Below are positions 58,241-64,000 of a DNA stretch of 64,000 bases, piece after piece. The position numbers and the translations under genes are program-made. A model generated the notes under the pieces. The model was not told the DNA's origin. It was given only the letters and a program-made list of their open reading frames with translations, and searched no databases. The first letter of the stretch is position 1, and the number at the start of each line of letters is the position of its first letter. The stretch is taken from NCBI GenBank assembly GCA_048772705.1, contig JBLWGC010000104.1:1178001-1242000 (forward strand), in the 5' to 3' direction. This stretch comes from Leidyana gryllorum EB-2025a. Taxonomy: Eukaryota; Protista; Apicomplexa.

Positions 58241-61200
58241 TCACGAAAAGTAGATCGGCGTGCCACGATGTTCGTCGAGTATCTCTCTCTGCTCGGCGGT
58301 AAAAATACCTTTGATCTCACGTTCCCATTCCTTCTGATGCCACTTGAAGAAATCTTGTAAGCAATGCTCCACTGTGGCACGCGCGGCGTCAGGATTCCTA
58401 CGTGTCCCAAACTGGGCGAAGTGACAGATAATCTGAGGCAGCCAGAACGGTTTGCTCGATAGAGCTGTGCCGATGATGGACGCTAAACCAAACAGAGCTC
58501 CCATGCGCTTAGAATCCGAGGGTTTGATAGGATCGTGGGGACTCCCGAGAACTTCGACCAGCCGTTGAGCAGATTGAGATTGCTCTTGGGGAGAGAGAGT
58601 GGACATGAACGACTGGTACGCAATTCGAGCGTTATTGGTCACCGATGTGTTGACATTGCACAATGCCAATTCGAGGAATTCTTGAACAAAGCGATTGAGA
58701 TCGGGATTCAACATATGTGCAATTCGCTGTTCAACTCCGTAGATATGGATCATGCGCACCACAGTCATCTGTACAAACCAATCCGCTCGTCCATAGGCCT
58801 CCTTCAGTTTCTCCAACAGTCTGCGGCAATAACGTTGATGAAACATTCGGTCCCACTTACGCCCATTCGATCATCTCGTTCCGAAGAGCCAGATGGGGGG
58901 TCGCTGCCAGTGATAGACACGTCGCTTCGGCCGCATTCTTCAATTCCTCTTCCGGATGGGCGCGACAAGCCAACATCAAATCCAACATCTGATGATAAAC
59001 AAAGGATTCGGCTTAGCCAAGAGGAGACAAACTCGATTTAACTCACTCCAATGTCATGTTGGCTGGCGGAGATGTTGAGACTATTTCGGTTGGCCAACCC
59101 GCTGACGATCAAATGAGTCTTGACGAAAGCAATATCAGCGGGTCTCTCGTCGGAAGTGAAGCCTTTATCTGTCAAAGAGAGTTTGAAATAGCCAAGTCAG
59201 AAAATGGAGACGTCTCCGTCTCCTTGTTACTTACCAGCGCATATCTTGGCATCCTTGAGGGTGACTTCAATTAACTCTGGCACGCGTTCTGACTGCCAAG
59301 AAGTGTATCGACGTCCAGCCGTCTCGGCCAGATCGCTGATCGCTTTGGCCTTTTCGGGTCCGGCCAACTCGGTCCAAGTTCGCTGATGGTACATCAGACT
59401 GCTGATGGTGCCCAGCATCGCTTGAGCGACATCTTCCCGGAGTTTCTTGTGAGTGACGTGGAAGGACTCGTTAGACATCAAGAAATTGATCTGCATTTCG
59501 GTGACGTCGGGGCGCAGTCCATTCAAAGACCCAATCAAGAAGGCCAATGCTCGGAGACGGCGAACATCCTCGAGTGAGGTGGTGGTGTTAGAGGGATCAA
59601 CTTCGCGCTCGCCAATTTTGTTGGGCACCAATGGAGGGGGCGGGATGAAACGCTCGTCCTCGACGACGCCGTGGACGATAAAGTTGAGGATTGCATTGAC
59701 GTAATTATTCCAATGTGGTCCAAAGGATTTGACATTGGCCTCGAAGGGTCTCGTGACTGGCTTGGCGGGAGTCAATATGTCACCGAGACAGTAGCGTCCA
59801 ACATCATACCACATCATGGCGTCCTCGGGCGTGGAGCGTTGGAGTTGACGAACGACAACTGGATGGCAAATGCGGAACATCTCGCGTCTGTGTTCGGGCT
59901 CCCATTTCCTGCACGCTCTCAGAACGCCCGCAATGCTCTCGGCTAAAGCGGCTGGGACTTCGTCGTCAGCGATGGGGTGATCTGCCCATTTGTTCCAGAC
60001 TTGAGTAACTTTGTTGCGCATAATTTGCTGTAGACAGACCTCAGGGCCGCAATAACGGTAAAGATACTGAGCGAGCGACTGAGGGAATATACAGCAATGG
60101 ACACTGAAAGATTTGAAGAGTTTGCCAATCCGAGTGGAAGGCCATGTCCGATCCAATCGTATCATATCGACCACCAAGTCGTACAACAAGTCGACCTTCG
60201 TTGAGCGTTTTCTCAATTGCATATGGACTTGAGGCAGACACTGGAGCATTTGAGCGGCACCGTTCGCGAAACTCTCAGCCATCTTTGGAGTCGATGGAAT
60301 CTGTTTGCTGAGAACCATCTTGAGAAGTATCGATGTCCCACAAAGTCCGAGAGATGTGAAGAGCGACGAATGGGTTGTGCTATCGGATGAGTCTATCAGA
60401 ATGGTGACCAAACGATCGACGAGCGAGAGGTCGTGTTGCAATATATCCACGTCGATCAACGACAGAGCCCACGTCATTGCCACCAGACGAGATCGCCAGT
60501 GCATCCCGGTCTCTTTCTCCAAACGGGTCAGTAGCTCTCCCAACAAACGGCTGCCGTCACTTGGGTCACTGAATTTGTGGCGTTGTTCCAGAAGGAAGCG
60601 ACTGAATTGTATCAGACGCAATTTGAGAGTTTCCAGTTCGAGTGGCACAGCCAATCGATCCACAATCGCCAAAGCTAATTGTGGGAGAAGTTTGGTGTCA
60701 CATACGACCCGATGGAGGAATTGTCCATCGATCACCAAGTGAATGAGTCCCGTCTGTTGGACGTGCAGTATGATCTTCTGTTTGTCCTTATCATTGCGGC
60801 TCGCCAGCATAGCGGCATCAATGGAACTTTCGACCTCATCCCGTCCACCACCGCCTTCTTTGCGATCCGCAGAGGTCGTGACCACCATGTGACCCGATGA
60901 AGCTCTCAAGAAGTTCACCGCAGCCGGTATGTCACTTCTCTTATTCTTGTCTGTGAAGTTGTCGCCTTCGCCGTCTCCCGCACCTCCTGCCCCCTCCGAT
61001 GTGTCATTTCCATTACCTCCCATTCCGGTGTTGGCGGTGATCTCGGTGCGTCCATCGTCCGCAGGAGGAGGCAACATTCCAAACTCGCCGGATTTCAAAT
61101 CGTCATCCTCTTGAGGACATGAGAGCGGGGTATCCCGAACCTCCAGTTGCGCTGGTGCCGGGCCAATGGCACGGGCTTGATATGCCACCTGGTTGAATTG

Positions 61201-64000
61201 CTTCACCATATACTCCAGGAGACACCGGGCAGCGTCTCGGTGAGCGAGTGACATGTGTACCAGCGATTCTTGAGCTCGTTTTCTGATCTCAGCGTACAGA
61301 TATGTAGCTTGCGCCAACGTGTATTGAAACAATTTGCGACGTTCTCCGTCAAACGGAAGGTCTTGTCGCCGGAGATGGTTTCGCAAGAACCACGAATGAT
61401 GGAGACGTTCGATGAAAGCTATTTGAGTCAAGTCCTCCAGCAAAGCGATATTACACGTCTTTGCTCGAGGATTGACCCAAATATTGAACGTTGTCCACCA
61501 TTCCAGATTCCGGCAGAAATCGGCCGCCGACTCGTCCCCCCATTCACGCATAACCGTCACTTGAGTTAAATTCAGTAGTTTCCGCATCAACTTGGTCAAC
61601 TCGATGTCTCCCACCTCTACGGAGAAAATGGTCATTGGTGTCGTCAATTGTCGACGAAACTCAGCCACAGACAGCTATAGTGGGGACAAAGCAATCAATG
61701 CCGACTCACCTTTGGTTGGAACAATAGAGTAGCCCAGTGTGTCAGAATCTATCTGAATTCCGACCCATTCCAGAGCGCTCTTCTCAACGAAGCGACTTCC
61801 GATCTTGAGAAGGATGCCTCCCAAAGGCCCAGTTTGTGCCGCCACTCGGGGCACGAAAGGCACATCCACTGGTCTCTCGTCAGGATAGGCAAAAGAGAAT
61901 GCTTCCATTGTCTTCTTCAAGATTCGACAAGTACGGTACAAAGCCGTCGCCAAGTGTTTGGCTGTAAGAAGGCACAATTACAAATTGAGCTCGTTGCTCG
62001 TAGCTCGTATAACACTTACGATCATCGTCCTCATCCTCTTTGGCTTCGTCTTTGCCGCTCTGTTTGGGTTTGATTGGCACCTCGATGTCAACTGCATCGG
62101 GACGGCGGAATGCCGTTCTGATTTCGTCGGTTATAGAGTTGATTGGCAGGGCTTCTTGAAAGAACCTGACGTGTTGTCCGAGCTTAGATTCTTCGCTGTG
62201 AAGACCTTTTAGATAAGGCATGATAACTGTCAAAAGCACTCTGACTGCGGCATCGTGGTCCTCATCGCACGGGGCTGTCCAGCCAGCAGTGGGGCACTCG
62301 TACCGCGCAACGGCTTCCTGAGAACCGTCCCATGAAATTCTCAACCATCGGGGCAACGCCCAACTGGCCAACCCCTCATAATCATTGGACACATTTTCGC
62401 TCTGACGGAAAGGGGAAGGCGCAGTCTCCAGAAGCACACTGATGATATTGGTGGCAATAGCCAAACCCGTCTTGAATACTTTCTTGTTGGGGGAATGCAT
62501 ATACACCCACGCCACCTTGGCGAGACGGGTGCTGTGCTTACGCACAATGGGCTTGTCGCATCTGCAGAAGAAAGCTTAGAAGAAATAGCGTCTCCACTGC
62601 ACTTACATCATGAGAAGTGCCGTGAGGAGATTGGTGAGCCATAGGTGCATTCGGGTACTCGTATTAGAATTCATGGCATTGTCGGAAATCATTCGACGTT
62701 CAAATTTGCTCAAGAGATATTCAAGCGGATCGAAAGTCTTGATAGTCGCAAACCCAGCTATAACAGCATCAGCAAGTCTCTGCACTGGGGGTCGTGCCTC
62801 CAAAAGAGCCCAGTCAAGGAACCTATCGAAAGCTCTCCGCTGACACTCCTCGCCGAGGTCGACAACCACACAGACTACCAGTGATTGGATCGTGGGACCA
62901 ATAGGGTCGCTGGGTATCTCCTGAAGAGAAAACACGTTTGCACGGAGAGAGAGAACGAGAGAGAGAGAGAGTGTGTGTGTGTGTGCAGATCAACAAAGAG
63001 ATGGCCGCGTGATCGGCTTTCCATCGCACGAGAGACGAGATTTGATCTCTCACTCACCCCAGATTGTAGTCTGGACAGGGTGTCCAGGAAAATATCCAAC
63101 AGTCTCAAAAACCACTCTGAGATACGGGTACTGATCGCATGACGTTGTTCCAAGAGGGTCTTGAACTGCTCAGGTGATTGATAGCCCCAATTCTCCTCCA
63201 TCAACATATCCATGGCGACTGAGTCTCGCAGGGGAGCCTCCTCAGGGAGCTCGATCATGGGATCATCCAGTCGTTCATCCGGGTATGCCAGTAGAGAGTT
63301 ATGGGGATACTTGGCCTGGAACTCTGTGAAGGAGTCGCCATTTTGACGCGTCTTATATCCGAATATGGGTAGCAGTATCCGCTGCAATTCGCCGAGTTTG
63401 GCATCGTAGAGGTCGCAATCTCCGTGGGTGGACATCGGCAAGAAACTGACCAATGCCAAATACATACTTATCACATGAAGAGACTTGGCCGGCTCTGCTG
63501 GGTCCATCGATTGATCCACTAAATCCAAAAGACGAGCCAATGCCATTGGTTGGTATGCCACCAGGAAACGACTCATCCTTCCGAGCAGCTTCAGAGCCAC
63601 TATCATGGGGTAAGGTTCCGTCGTACTCTCCAGATAGGGATTGATCCTGTGGAAAAGGGAAGAGATGTGAGAGACAGGCGAGAGAGACGGAAATGTGCGG
63701 AGCAAATTCTCACACAGCAGCACCACCAGAACTCACTTGAGAAGGAGTCTTGGAATGACATAGTGGGGCGCGAGAGCGCATAGATCGATGAGAATGTCTT
63801 CGTATGACATTCGAGCATTCTCGTCTTTCCGCATAACGCCTCTCAGGGCCATTGGGAGAACAACTTGAATCAACAACCTGTCTTCCACAGGTCCGAGGCG
63901 GTAAGACTGTTCTGCCTGAGTGCACCCAACTGTTTCTCTGCGGAATGATGCCCGCTCGCGGCCAACACGTCGGAGATAGGCTCCCACAAGGGCACCAGCG
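58241..64000 (-). CDS. PSME4: Proteasome activator PA200/Blm10 (PSME4); 5' end beyond the window
   Basis: Large multi-exon helical protein. It has LESTTEP..MIVALKLL, DPAEPAKS, YAEIRKRAQ and the diagnostic C-terminus CLQDFFKWHQKEW...FTAEQREIL...PIYFS (HbYX-like). Confidence 0.88.
62946..62985. repeat. (GA)n(GT)n microsatellite in a PA200 intron
   Basis: Visible dinucleotide runs. Confidence 0.8.

Noticed and set aside
57716-58360. 214-aa plus-strand ORF
   Set aside because: It is antisense to the PA200 C-terminus and the GPI-like ORF and shows no recognisable protein features.
12809-64000. Proteasome-related genes (DSK2, SEM1, PA200) as a functional cluster
   Set aside because: They are spread over 50 kb among unrelated genes, which is consistent with chance.
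1-64000. Non-canonical introns or an alternative genetic code
   Set aside because: Every in-frame stop I examined in conserved genes was explained by a GT-AG intron, and TAA, TAG and TGA all serve as real stops. Not every junction was checked.

Overview
This window is a very gene-dense eukaryotic chromosome segment of roughly 50-55% GC (estimated by eye). It holds about 33 protein-coding genes with many short (mostly 30-60 nt) GT-AG introns and intergenic gaps often under 50 nt. The AlaX-like N-terminal extension on TrpRS and the general protein style suggest an apicomplexan or related alveolate, possibly a gregarine; this assignment is an inference. Recognisable genes are an FCP1/NIF phosphatase (3' end only), AlaX-TrpRS, XPA, a PARP-zinc-finger/PADR1 protein with no catalytic domain, beta-adaptin, DSK2/ubiquilin, IMP1, gamma-tubulin, SNAPC3, SHMT, Rab3GAP1, AFG2/SPATA5, an S1/P1 nuclease, a TBC Rab-GAP, synaptojanin, LUC7, BUB3, a degenerate prolyl-4-hydroxylase, an oxalate-CoA ligase (PCS60/AAE3 type), SEM1/DSS1 (missed by the ORF track), CCT5 and PA200/Blm10. 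There are also several secreted or GPI-type orphans. The most intriguing signal is the PARP-ZnF/PADR1 gene sitting 37 nt upstream of XPA. That gap is almost entirely a canonical 35-nt intron, and skipping one exon would fuse the two DNA-damage proteins in frame. Other signals are convergent genes sharing overlapping stop codons and a hidden intron that joins a repeat/PH-like protein to the TBC GAP. I saw no rRNA, tRNA, CRISPR array or mobile element. Exon boundaries were read by eye and are approximate.
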